From the NCBI GenBank assembly GCA_965285935.1, contig OZ260666.1:12896001-12960000 (forward strand): a stretch of 64,000 bases of DNA, read 5' to 3'. Every line of letters starts with the position of its first letter. Within the stretch, counting starts at the first letter, position 1. Under the pieces are notes generated by a model. The model was not told where the DNA came from, made no database searches, and worked only from the letters and a program-made list of their open reading frames with translations. The position numbers and the translations under genes are program-made. This DNA comes from Ophelia neglecta. Lineage: Eukaryota. Below are positions 1-11,863 of this stretch, in pieces.

Positions 1-3000
1 TGTAGTTGCAGAGCTCAAATACATGACGTCACACCCAGGAGCTATAGGTTATTAAGTTGCCCAAGGGTACAAAAAGCGGAACATATATAGCATGAACAAT
101 TGTTTGTGCAGAGGTTCCAAATGAGTTGAAGGTTTTTGTTTTAATCTTTACGTTTAGCTAAGCTCAACTGTGCGTGGTTTTCTATGGAAAAAGAAGATTC
201 TTATGACATTTTTCTTTTAATAGCGGCCTCCGGTATATTGCTAGTATTTACCGTTTTTTTTATGGGTTAACCTTTGTTGCTTAATCCAGTCTTACACCAA
301 ATACCATATTATTGCCGACGAAATGTCTTGCTTAAAATGCACCTTAACAACGCGTTGGTAATTATTTCAAATTATATTGACGGCTGTTTGTCGATGAATG
401 ATCATATCGGCGAAAAGCGACAACGACAAATTGGTTCTAGCGAAGAGTCACTATCCCGTCTTACACACAGTAAGCATGCTAACCACGTATATTAAATGGC
501 GTCCATTTTGATGATATTTAAAGCAGGCCCATAATTTCCATATTTATTTGATAAACATGTTAATAGATAAATTAGTTTTGTGATGATGCAAAGCTAAAAA
601 AAAACAATTTATCGGTATGGGAAAAGCACATTCAGATCTGATTTGAAAATTGTACTAATTATATAACACTGATGGTAGACCGATGGACATTACTTTTTTT
701 GTATGCCTGGTATTGATGCCCCATTTGTCCCCATTAAAGCTTATTGGCACCTAACGAAGTCACTGTTAAAGATCACCAACGGACAAAGTAACCAATTGCC
801 TGAAAGCTGCATACGTATGAATTGAGAGGTCTGCGTTCAACTTTCAAACTATATCAAACAAGATGGCTGCTAAAAAAAATACCGTCAGGGAAGCCAATTT
901 CCGAGAGACTAATAAAAAATTCCTTTTGGCAGTGTTGTCGCAATTTCACAGACTTACAAAGGCATCCTCACCTTCAATAATTTTGCCTTTTACCTTACAA
1001 ACCAAGGTAACTTGTGATTTTATAATTAATACACACGGCGACACATATATTCACTCTTGAAGTATAAAACCCATGTTCAAGCTGGAACCATTAGATAATC
1101 GGCAAGGTATAGGGTGGTGAATATTTTTGAAGAAAAATAACTGTGTCTGTCATATATTTGAAGAACAGCGATATTCCAAACTTTGGGGACAAGTTTTTGT
1201 TTGGATCGAAGATAATGACGAGAATTTTGTGTTCCTCCTCTTTTGATTGTCGAGATCTTTACTTGTGCTAAATGTATGGACCACTAGTCGGAAATCATAT
1301 ACAGGGAATCGAGTGCAGCCCTTCAATTTGACCCTGGGTCTCATTCTAAAGGTCAAATTAAAATGGTTGATAGCCTCAATCCTTAATAGTACAGGACAGA
1401 TATATCAAATGTATTGTACACTATTAGCAAATCAAGGAATGCAGTGTTTAGGTTGAATTTGACCTTAGAACCTCTTGATTGCTATAATGTTCTTCTCATG
1501 GTTTATGCGATAAGTATAAAGGGTGAGACGTTATGAAAGTTAAGATCACTTAATCTCATCTGAAAGTTTGACCTTTCTTCTTTTATATGCATTAATGTAT
1601 AATCATGTTCACAGCCTGTGGGCACCTAAATTACAACTTTAACATTTTCGTGTCAAATGTCTCCAGCACCGAATAAAGAGTTCCCATACAACTCACCTCT
1701 TTCTTGATATACTTTTGACCGACTGAACAGGAGCGTCTACCCCCTAAAACCCGGTTACGTTTGCTTGAAAGTTAATACTGCCCCGCTTGCTGCCCCTTCC
1801 AAAGTATCCGTTTGGCGTCGATCGTCGAGTACGCGGAGTTGAGTAGGGTCGTAATTGAGTTATAATTAGTTTTCATACACAAAAGTATGTAGCGACAAAC
1901 TACAAAATAACTAAACAAAGTTTTCATATTAAATCTGAGAAACAAAGCGAGGGTAAACTTTTTATCTACGCCTGACCGCCATCGCTCAACCGAGCCTAAA
2001 TGTCGTGGTAACGGGAATGAGTAACAGAGAGTGTGGATTAATAGTAGAACTATGGTAAACCCAGACCTAACACTGCTTAAGGCCGGCTTCTGCCAAATCT
2101 GGCTGAGCTGACAGTAGACACCGATGCCATAACCTGACCACGATGGAAGGAAATATCCTAGCTGTTTAAAAACAACTCTCTTGGGTTTGGGAAGTGTTAT
2201 ATTCAGTCGTTAAAGAAGGGATCATCAAAGTAGCTAAAGTACACCTCTTCTAACTTAGCAATAACATTAAACTTTGTCATTTAACTATTGTAATGAAATT
2301 AAATGGGATTTAAGGAATCACTGAAAATAATAAAATTAAGCATACCATTCTCTTGGCCCGTTTCGACTGCTCGGAAATATATAAACCAGCCTAACAAAGC
2401 GACCTCTGCAACACGGTGCATTACTGATGTGACGAATCCCATATTTCAATTTCTTGCCTGAAATGTATAAAAGTCGGTTAAGGAAGAAAGTAACTAATCA
2501 TTTTGTATATATCACAGTGTGCGCTTTCCCTATATACGTGTATGTATTATAATTATCACCTCGGACGTGTTTGGTCGCAATTAAAGTGTGACTTAAAGAT
2601 TTCAAATTTAAAAATAAAATCATCTCAAATTACGAAAAAGATTCGTTCATCATTGATGATGATTGATTTACCTACTTGTTTTTTCGATCTTATTGGTTCA
2701 TGTGACAACTGTTGCCTACTTCTTATTGCAAGTGATATCAATTCAAATTTATAATAACTACATACAACTACTTGTCGCATCTACACGCGACAATTTCTCT
2801 TTGGTCAACAAAATTCAAAACTGCTTTGTACCAATTAAAGTACGAACTGGATGAAGGCACTTATATCGATCTGCCTGTCGTTACACCTGTGTAACTGCTT
2901 CCTTGCCGACTGGTATGACTGTTGTATGACAGGTTACTAGGTTTGTGTCAGGTTTCATACGAGTGAAAATAATTTCAGGTAATAATTATGCTAATATTGC

Positions 3001-6000
3001 ACCAGTTTTATCTGTTTCTATTTTTTATTTGATGCCTTTTACCACGACCCATAACACTACGACTCTCGGTCTGTGTTTGACGACTTGTCGAATCCTAGCC
3101 GTAGTCAGGTAGTATTGACGCGACAGCTCGTGACCTAATGCTTTAATATTGGTGAACTGTAGTTCTAAAGCTGTAGTTCGGAATTTGATTTCCAATTCTT
3201 TTCTCGAAGTTTAGGTATGAGCTCTTCATTCTAACATCTTTTACTTCAAGGCAAATTGATGAAAATTGATAAAACAAGAAATGGTTGTAACCATCTAAGC
3301 CATCGATGCACAGGATCTATTTGTTGTTGGTGGCGTGCTTGGGAATGGGATGGTTTTGGGGAAAAATTTTAACCAACTTTCTTCTTCAACTCAAGTAACA
3401 AAGTTTTTTAATCGACCATGATAGCGATTCAGCAAAATGTATTAATCGTGCGAGGATGAAGAGCCTATGCCTTGCTGTGAATTGAATCATTTTGAGATAA
3501 AATCTGAATATATTCTGTTAACATGGTAACTAATCTATAAACTGACACATATTTTAGGTACTCTAACTTCCTTAATATGGCAGATTGACAGCTGCTATGT
3601 CAATCTTGAAAAAGAAAATATACATATTGGACCAAGGACCGGTCCTTGGACACCGGTCTCACTTACCAAAATGTAACAAATAGATGTACAAATATCAAAG
3701 GCCGCTGCTGCTTGTGCATTACAAGAAGTAGCCCTTGCCCTATAATATTTCTATCAGCAGGCTGTTACTCGAGTGCAAAAATTAGCTGTACAATACTAAC
3801 AGGTGAGTCTTACAGAGTATCGGTTCAAATATAATGATATAAAACAAGTTGGACAACGAGGAAAATTCATAGGCAATTTGTGAACAAATCTCATATTGCT
3901 AGGACAGTAATCGAAAAAACAAATAACAACTAATTCAATAAAAAAAAAACTAAAAAAGGTTTCTAGGGCACTGTAAATTGTTACCTGGAGTCCACCGCTT
4001 CTACTGACAGGTGCAATATGGATGGTAACATTGCATTCTCGATTAATGATTTTGAATTCTTGCGGGTCGATCTTATATACCTTTCCTCCTGTTACAGGTT
4101 TATTGAAACGGCAAATCGAAACCTAAGGGTCAGATGTGGTCGCCCCCCCCCCCCCAAAAAAAAACAAACAAACAATTTTTCCCCGCAGTTTGTGAATGAA
4201 TCATCCTATTGCAGAAATATCTTTCGTTGAAGTATTTCAATGGGTGTTCCGTTCAAGCTAATTGTCTTCACCTTCAAATTAATTTCGCTGGGATCTACAT
4301 ATCTACCAGTTTGCACTTTGTCCAAATACGACTTTGACGTATCACTCCCAATGTTAAAAAAATGTCATAATCATGTTCTACTTTCTTTGGTTTGAATTTA
4401 TGGGAGAGTAATAAGAAATGATGGTTTTACCTTGACTCTATTGAAGATTATCCCAATTCTTGAGGATGAATATAGTTTGGTTATATATGGATAGTATCCT
4501 AATGTTTGAATATACATGCGTGCCATTTGAAGGCATGCACTGTTATGTCAGAATAGGATTTGAAAGGGCAACATCAAACTTACATTTGTAAACATTGTCA
4601 TACTTATAGTTGTTCATGCGTTCAAAGTCCCAAATCTGACGTCTAAGTATGCTCTCGAAAGTAGAGCAGTTTATGCGTTCAAAGTCCCATATAATAATAA
4701 AACTGACTGCTATAAGTACGGGGATATTTAATACCTGAATACTCCATTGATATTTAAATTATATTTGCTATACATTTGAGAATTATTGCCTGTATAATTT
4801 TATAATATAAGTTTTAGCATTGTATGCTCTATTTGAAACTTAAATTGACATTCAAATATGTTGGTCCCACTCATTTTCCCACAGCATATTTAATTTATCT
4901 ATACCTATCTATTTTGAGACTGTCAGCAATAATGTTTTCCTTTTCAAATTAAGATGTAATTAATATGAACGTATATGAACCATATTTCATGGTTTTCAAC
5001 AAATTAGAACACATTTATCCCTAACCAAAATACCATTCCACTTGGTTACATGATGATAGCCATGAAGCCTATGGGGGGGGGGAAATTTGGGCGATTTAGG
5101 CAAATACAAGACCTAACCTCTTCTCACAAAATGCCTTTATGAATATATATGCACTTGAGAGCAAAAATCCAATCCTCTTATATGAAGACCACGCTGTACT
5201 AGTTGAACTAACCAGCTTTTACTAGTTCTTGTATATAACATATTTAGTTATAATATATTAAATTATTACCCTCTGTTCGCTGTGATTAAAACAAAAGCTT
5301 TTTTTAGCACATCTTATCTATGATTTTGTACATTAAGGCCTGCAGTCCAGACTCAGGTTAAAGTGATAAGTCATTCCCTTAATACTGTGTTCTAGTCAAT
5401 AGCTAACCTTTCTAAAACTTGTTTGACCTGGCTAGTTATTGAAAAGGGGGAACTGCATAAAATGTGCTCAGACTGGAATAGTTACTTAATTAGCTATATT
5501 CTTCAGTAACTCTAGGCAAGCACATCGGTGGTCTACTTTAGAATTCAGTGACAGAAACAACTCTGTCAAGGTGTCATGAATTCTCCCATAGAAAGGTCTC
5601 CGCCTACCAACCTAGACAATTCTTTGACATAATTCCCTCACCTTCGTTATTTCTCTTCAACTTGATTCGAGATTCACTTAGAAAATTAAATGCAGAGGAA
5701 AAGATGTCGGTTATGATTTCAACTGTATGCCTGATGCGATCTCCAATTAGTTACTATTAATATACTGTTACTGTTAATATAGTAAATAGCTAATATTGTT
5801 GCGATATTCACCTTTAGATATGGATGGTCTTGGTTCATAAAAACTAGTTATATAGCTGTTCTGTCTTGGCAACTAGTCTTAGCTGAGGGCACGTTGTGGT
5901 GGCTTATTTCATTTTGGCCAACGATAGTTGAGTTCATCAGAGACATGAAAATAATTGGACGAGACAGATTTCGGGGGCTATAAACAATGATAAGAATTAT

Positions 6001-7714
6001 ATGAGTGTATCAATTATTTAAACATTAATAATCAACTTTAAAAACATCATTTATTTTATCAAGTCGATATACAGCAATTAGCAACGAGCAATCTTGGCCT
6101 TTAACACAATGTAGGTATATCAATAACATTACATATTTAAAAAATGAAAATCTTATATTCCGTCAAGATGTGTAGAAATACACATTTACTTTTCTTTAAC
6201 AAATTATATCAAGCTTAACGAGTGCTGTCAATCGTGGTACATGTAACGATTTATTTATTGGGCATCATGGAAATAGAGCAAACGTTCATCCATTTTGCGG
6301 ACTCAGTTGTGTCCTAGATTTTAAGGACACAACTGCTTCACAATAAACATTATAATAAACGCTATAGCAATGACAAATACTGAATAAAAAGTTTAACCAT
6401 ATATGTGGTGTACTCAATTATCGTAGTCAAGGTGACACTCCACAATTTGCAAAAATGGATAAGAAAACCGTGTTCATACTATACAAACGTGCTTTATTTG
6501 GTGCAGATCAATCGAATGTAATGAATAAACTAATCAAAATACATTTTTATAATAGTATATAAATAATAAGAATTCCATCATTTTAACCAATGGCGAAATA
6601 GCACTGTAACAGGCCAAAATTAGTGTATACCGGGCGACAAAACAAAGTCATTATTGAAGAATAGTCGGCACGACATCATGTCGATCCATGAGGCGAAAGC
6701 CCAATTCATCAATTCTTAGTTCACTAACTAATAATGCTTGTAACTAATTAGTCATGAAAAGCAATGACAAAATTCCCGACACTTCCGGAGATCCACTCCT
6801 GTTTTGGTAAAACCTATAATTAACTTGTTACTCTCAGTGAAAGTACAACCATTCCAATCTCAAGCCATCGATTGGTATTATTTGGCTGCTTGAATTAATA
6901 TAATTTTACAATCAAAATACAAAAGCGTTTTTACGCCATCTTATGCTCTAGAAGAATATTATTGTTGTGTTAACACTAACTGGGAATTTCAGGCATAACT
7001 GATTTTTGTAACATAAATCGTTTTTGATTCAGCCTAATCATAAAGTGGCCAGTTATATTAGAATAAGTTATTTGATTAATTATTGCTATCAATGTGTAAA
7101 ATTATGTAATCAAGCGGAAAATACCTCCAGATGTATGTAGTGATCTACTGTAAAATGCTTTACTCTCTGAAACAGCATTGCTAAAAGAAAGAAGCTGTGC
7201 CTTCAACACCTGGTGCAATTAGTTTTTGATCCTTGTGCCCAGTGCCAAGTTTGTTGATAATAATAGGTGCACATAGGTTTATTCAGTACATAAACCATGC
7301 CCCAGGACCCACGGGTGACTCCCACATATCAATCTACCACACAATGAAACTATTCTGTTGTGTTTAGGTCAAAATTTTCATTGAATATCTGTTGTTTTCC
7401 ACACATATTAGAGATTTCCACCAGGATTGATGGACATATCGAGCGTATGACTTGCCGAGTTTTCGTTTTCGGTGCATTTTGTGTTGTTTCCTTTAAATAT
7501 ATCAAAATAATATATTATACATTAAAATTGCAATGATAATTCAAACTATATAACTATAACTGCAAATAATATTGATGAATTATCAATGGTAAATTAATAT
7601 TTATAAAAGCACGGTAAATAAAGATTGTCCATTATAAGTAAAATTAATAATAGCGATACGGATATAAGAAGAAGCTAATTTTATGGCGTTTTAGGTGACA
7701 ACCCATTTTGATGT

Positions 7715-7854
7715 TTAGTGATCAAGTGAATTTATATGGAAGAAACACTGCAGAACAGTTCTAACTCTGGCACACTGGCACGTATATTCAATGGAGGTTA
7801 CGTCAATAACTAGACAAATTGGGCGCCTCTCATTGTGATTTCTTTTACACGGAA
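7715..7854 (-). CDS. Candidate terminal exon: cytoplasmic tail (IPCKRNHNERRPICLVIDVTSIEY...DH*)
   Basis: Acceptor ctatttcag|TT is in phase 1 and gives basic residues right after TM2. An alternative or additional acceptor (atatttaaag|G) exists near 7490, so the 3' end is uncertain. Confidence 0.4.
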
Positions 7855-10800
7855 CTGAAATAGCCAGGCACAGTGAGGAGGAGTTTGTCTGAATAGAAAA
7901 CTCAAATACGCCAATTGGCCATAACATCTGCACGCGCTTCATTTTTTGGCCAGGTTGCATTACAAGATATCTCAGTGACTGCAAACTAATTAGTTTACTG
8001 TCAACTTAAACAATGTGTGTTATTTTCTTAATATCAAGCCGGTTCCCACGTTCACCACTTCCGAAACAGTAGCATAGTGTCACTTTCAGCAATGGCCGGT
8101 TTATGTGCCATTTAATTTGTTGTTGCCCTATTTAAAATGTGTCGTACATTGTGCCGTAATAACTGTGTTGGGTTGAATTTATTATCGACATTTGTCGCCA
8201 TTCACTGTATTTTTTTCGCATTATGCCATAATATGACGATGAATTACGCCCAACAGTAATACTCTAGGTCCATTAAGAGACAATCCCTCTCCGCTTTCAA
8301 ATTTTACGTGAATCAGTTTTGGTAATTTTGCCACCCACTCCACCTTAAAAAAAGGCCATTTCAGATTGCAGAAGTTCCGTTGTCTTCGGGATTAGTTTTT
8401 CGACATAATAAAAGTACCATTAATAGACTATTATCTTCACTTAGACAACTTTAAGCAAAAACTATCACAAAAGTATCAAAGTAACATATCGTTATGTTCA
8501 TAACAGAAATAAATATAGGTTCAAAAGAACACACTTACTTTGATAGGCAACGAGGATTGAGCATAGTACGATGACTGACAGAACACACACTAGTGTGGTA
8601 GTCACCAGTGTCACTTTAGAAGCATTCCACGCATGACCTAGGGGAATATGCATTGGTCCATATCAGTATTAAGAAATTGTACTGTATTTATATCATATGA
8701 CATATCCGAGATTACCTTACACATGTCTCTACAAAATTTCCTGAATGCCTGTGCCAATCAAAATATAGCATAAACTATTTTTGGTGTAAATTTAGTATGT
8801 AAAGCAGATGACTTACCTTTCATCGAATCCTCAGTAGAAAATGACGGAGGTGAAACATGTTTCGGGTGTAATGCGGGTGGTTGAAAGTCTGTGACGATGC
8901 AAAAAGGCACAAGTGTCAATAGTATTCTGATAAGGTACGTAAGCGAAAATAAATCTATTCAGTTGCCTTTCCCTTATCGTTTTGTTGCCATTGACACTTA
9001 ACGAACCTACTTTACATAGATAACTTTTATTTTGCCATTAACAAACTCCCTGAACCATCCTTACTCACCATACATCCTCTGTCGGCCTACTAGCACTGCC
9101 CCAATACACTTTGTACATTGATTTGTATTTATAAATAGTGATTTTTCATAAGAGGGAAATACGAATAGCTTCAGGTGTGACAGGAATACAGGAAAGGTAC
9201 TAATAACAAACGCACTGAAGCATTCTATCCTAAACGCTTACATGTACCCCAAGCATGATATATATAATGGCAACAAATAATATATATAAATAATGGCAAT
9301 TGAAGAAAAGGGACAGGAAATGTTAGATACATTTTTATTTGGAGAATGTATACATTCAGAGAAACAAGACAAACCCGCCCAATCCATGGCTACTTGAATC
9401 AAATGTTTCCAAAAGATGTTTAGGTTTGTTGGTTTACTGGGTGCTACGGGGAAGATCTATACCCACCGATATAAGCACTGTTTTCTGACTGCAGATAAGA
9501 GCCCAATTCCTGTCCACGACACGCGTACTTGCTGATCTTGTTCCTATGCAGTCTTGGAACATCAAAGGTAGACAAAAAAGACGCGTTTACTATTGTTGAC
9601 CCATTTTCGACCCAAATATAAGTCATTTGGGGTCGATGGTCTGCCGGCAGGGAGGTTGACTTAACATCACATTTTAACTTGTATTTTTCTGATTCTATAG
9701 TGGCGGTCGATGGTACTCCTGAAGTAAGAACATTGTTAAACAGAGATACATAATGAGAATATTTTGCCATTGGTGTTTAAGATACAAATTGCTTACTTTT
9801 ATTTTCGATTATAGGCAGAAGTTGTATTTCGTTAGTATACCAATACATACGGAGAACTTACCCCATACAAAAACAGTGTTTTTTTCGTAATAGTTCACTG
9901 CACGACAGACGTACGTTCCGGCGTCCTTTAAGGTAACATTTATCAGGGTAATAATGACCAATGACGAATTGCTCCAACTCATTTGGAGACGGCCATCTAA
10001 GGTCTTCTCACCAGTGTGAAACACCTTGTAGTTATTTATGTTGAAGTCATGTTTTCCGCTTTTTCCATAGCAGTTGACTTGCTTCCGTTGTCTTCCTTCT
10101 TGGAGATTCCAAGTAAGATTGGCGTTACTGCCGGTCGAAACTTTTGTGACGCGATGACCTTGGAATGTATGGGTACGGGAAAATTAACTTGAACTAGGAC
10201 AGGCATATGTGCGTAATTTATGACTGGGAGAAAGTTCTGGTTGGAATGCGCCTGGATTGGCAAAAACCGGCCTTAGACGATTTTTAACCGACTGGGCGAC
10301 AAATGAACGGTTATGTTCTACCCTGTTCCTCTTTTTATGAGGCGACGAGAGCATGAACTCGGGGATGAGGTCTAGCAACTTAAGAGTATAACGCACTATA
10401 ATTCAGTGCCCATTTAAACGAAAATTTGCCCAGGTCCGTTTTTGATTGGAGATTCATACTAAGTAAATCTTGCAGCATAACACGAATAGGCGTCCACTGA
10501 TCACTTACCGGATATATCACCAGGATATACATCGGACGAGGTGGTAATCGTTGGCTTATAAGCTGTAATCCCTGTAAAGAAACGAAAACAACCTTTCATA
10601 TAAGGGCATTTTGATGCATAAAATGTTTATCAATCATTTTTCTGTATGGAATCCGGTCTTTGAAGCAATAAAATAATGGCTTTTATTGTTGGAATGAGTT
10701 TTTTACATTTTAAACACTGAAGCAATTACCATTATAATTAGTGAAAAGGGATAGAAACTTTAAACCAAGGGGAGAAAATAGGTGAAACCTAATCTAAATT

Positions 10801-11863
10801 AAGTTCAAGGCTTCGGTCAATGATTAAAGCCTAATTAAATGCTTGAGTTCAAATGCCGGCCAGCATGACATGGCAATAGTTGACAGAAATAATGTTTAAA
10901 TTTATAAAAGTTACATGGAAGGAAATATCGTAAAGATTTACCTCTCTGCGTGGTTGGCGCACTGTTTACAATTGTTGATTGCGAAGTTGTCCCAATTTCA
11001 GCTGTCTCAAAATTATCAAATTTTCCTGAAATTACAGGTGTGTAAGTCCAAAAAAGCGTGGAGCATGTGACATACAAATAATCCAGTAAGATCTTAGGTC
11101 AACATCTGCGTACCAAACATATCAATTATTTACTTCAATGTCATATACATAACTGCAATAGGTTTTTCGATAGATATGACATATTTCTGATTAATTGCAC
11201 TGTTAACCTACCTGACTGCATGCCAAACTGCCACAGTATTCCCAATATACCTATAATTGAAATTGTGGTCAACGCCGATGTTGCTATGTAACCTATGATT
11301 CTCCAATTGACACGTCTTTTTCCAAGTCGACGTTTGATGAGCTGCTGGTAGATATTTTTGCCTCCTGTCAATTCAAACTCAATGCGTACTCGCTCCTCGC
11401 TGGATGTTCTTGATGGATATTCATAACCTTGTTCGTTATTCGGTTCGTCATTACAATCACTGCTGGCTTGGTCGAAATTAGGGAGGATGGCAGAATCGGG
11501 TATCTCAGAGTATGAATGGTAGTCGTCAGAGCTGGAAGTCTCGTCGGTCGATTCGCCTACTTCCGGTATGACATCAGTGGTGGTAACTTTATCAGAAGAC
11601 TCCATAACACTTGGTGGAAGTTTTTGCGACAGATTGGTGATAACCCTGATTTGTGTCTTTGGTCTGGCACCCTGGTATCCGGCAAAGGAGTGCGGATGTT
11701 CTTTTGGCAAGTTTCCGGGCACGGTATTGTCATTCAGGCAATTAACGCTAGTGTCTATGGGTCCATCATCCGCGTCACTAGATACAGCTTTAATAGATAC
11801 TTTGCCTCCGGCATAAGAAACCTCGTGCTCGTTGTCATGTTTGATGTGATCGGTATGTTCCAT
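7715..11863 (-). CDS. Multi-exon gene: Ig-superfamily membrane receptor with two Ig domains between two TM segments. Exons 11863-11212, 11025-10942, 10571-10509, 10158-9862, 9718-9467, 8888-8817, 8637-8539, and tentatively 7854-7715 (552 aa)
   Basis: Each internal exon has a pyrimidine-rich AG acceptor and a GT donor. All junctions are phase 1, the internal exon lengths are multiples of 3 (84, 63, 297, 252, 72, 99), and the spliced frame has no stops. Ig motifs and two hydrophobic segments fall in a coherent order. The last exon is uncertain. Confidence 0.85.
8539..8637 (-). CDS. Exon 7: TM2 (GHAWNASKVTLVTTTLVCVLSVIVLCSILVAYQ)
   Basis: Acceptor attcccctag|GT, donor AA|GTAAGT, 99 nt, ~23-residue hydrophobic run. 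Confidence 0.82.
8817..8888 (-). CDS. Exon 6: Pro/Ser-rich juxtamembrane stalk (DFQPPALHPKHVSPPSFSTEDSMK)
   Basis: Acceptor cctttttgcatcgtcacag|AC, donor AAG|GTAAGT, 72 nt, phase 1-1. Confidence 0.8.
9467..9718 (-). CDS. Exon 5: second Ig (I/C2-like) domain (GVP...LKCDVKSTSLPADHRPQMTYIW...YACRGQELGS...SENSAYI)
   Basis: Acceptor ttcttacttcag|GA, donor G|GTGGGT, 252 nt; LxC...YxW...YxC Ig core. Confidence 0.88.
9862..10158 (-). CDS. Exon 4: atypical V-set-like Ig domain (GHRVTKVSTGSNANLTWNLQEGRQRKQVNCY...ITLINVTLKDAGTYVCRAVNYYEKNTVFVW)
   Basis: Acceptor catacattccaag|GT, donor GG|GTAAGT, 297 nt. Contains the canonical Ig E-F motif ITLxNVxxxDAGTYxC, a D-strand GR and N-glycosylation sequons NLT, NSS, NVT. 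Confidence 0.9.
10509..10571 (-). CDS. Exon 3: S/T/P stalk (GITAYKPTITTSSDVYPGDIS)
   Basis: Acceptor ttttcgtttctttacag|GG, donor CG|GTAAGT, 63 nt, phase 1-1. Not present in the ORF track. Confidence 0.8.
10942..11025 (-). CDS. Exon 2: S/T-rich stalk (GKFDNFETAEIGTTSQSTIVNSAPTTQR)
   Basis: Acceptor gtaatttcag|GA, donor AG|GTAAAT, 84 nt, phase 1-1. Confidence 0.8.
11212..11863 (-). CDS. Exon 1: acidic/Ser-rich cytoplasmic head with Tyr motifs (YSEI, YEYP, IYQQL), basic cluster KRRLGKRR and TM1 (IIGYIATSALTTISIIGILGILW)
   Basis: Longest ORF in the window (11141..11863); donor TCAG|GTAGGT at 11212/11211; the basic residues before the TM indicate an N-in signal anchor. Confidence 0.85.

Noticed and set aside
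863-4330. Scattered Ig-like words (GILTFNN near 960, DEGTYI near 2850, AGIY near 4290) and possible splice sites near 3666 and 3802
   Set aside because: No consistent exon chain or Cys/Trp core could be built. They could be very old pseudogene debris but this is unsupported.
6050-6498. Minus-strand AATAAA signals (6493, 6250, 6050) as poly(A) sites of the Ig gene
   Set aside because: Plausible, but the hexamer is too frequent in AT-rich DNA to assign without 3'-end data.
10036-10396. ORFs 10184..10396 and 10036..10263 suggesting a frameshifted pseudogene
   Set aside because: The true exon begins at the acceptor at 10158 and is continuous in the 9809..10024 frame. These ORFs are intronic or off-frame.
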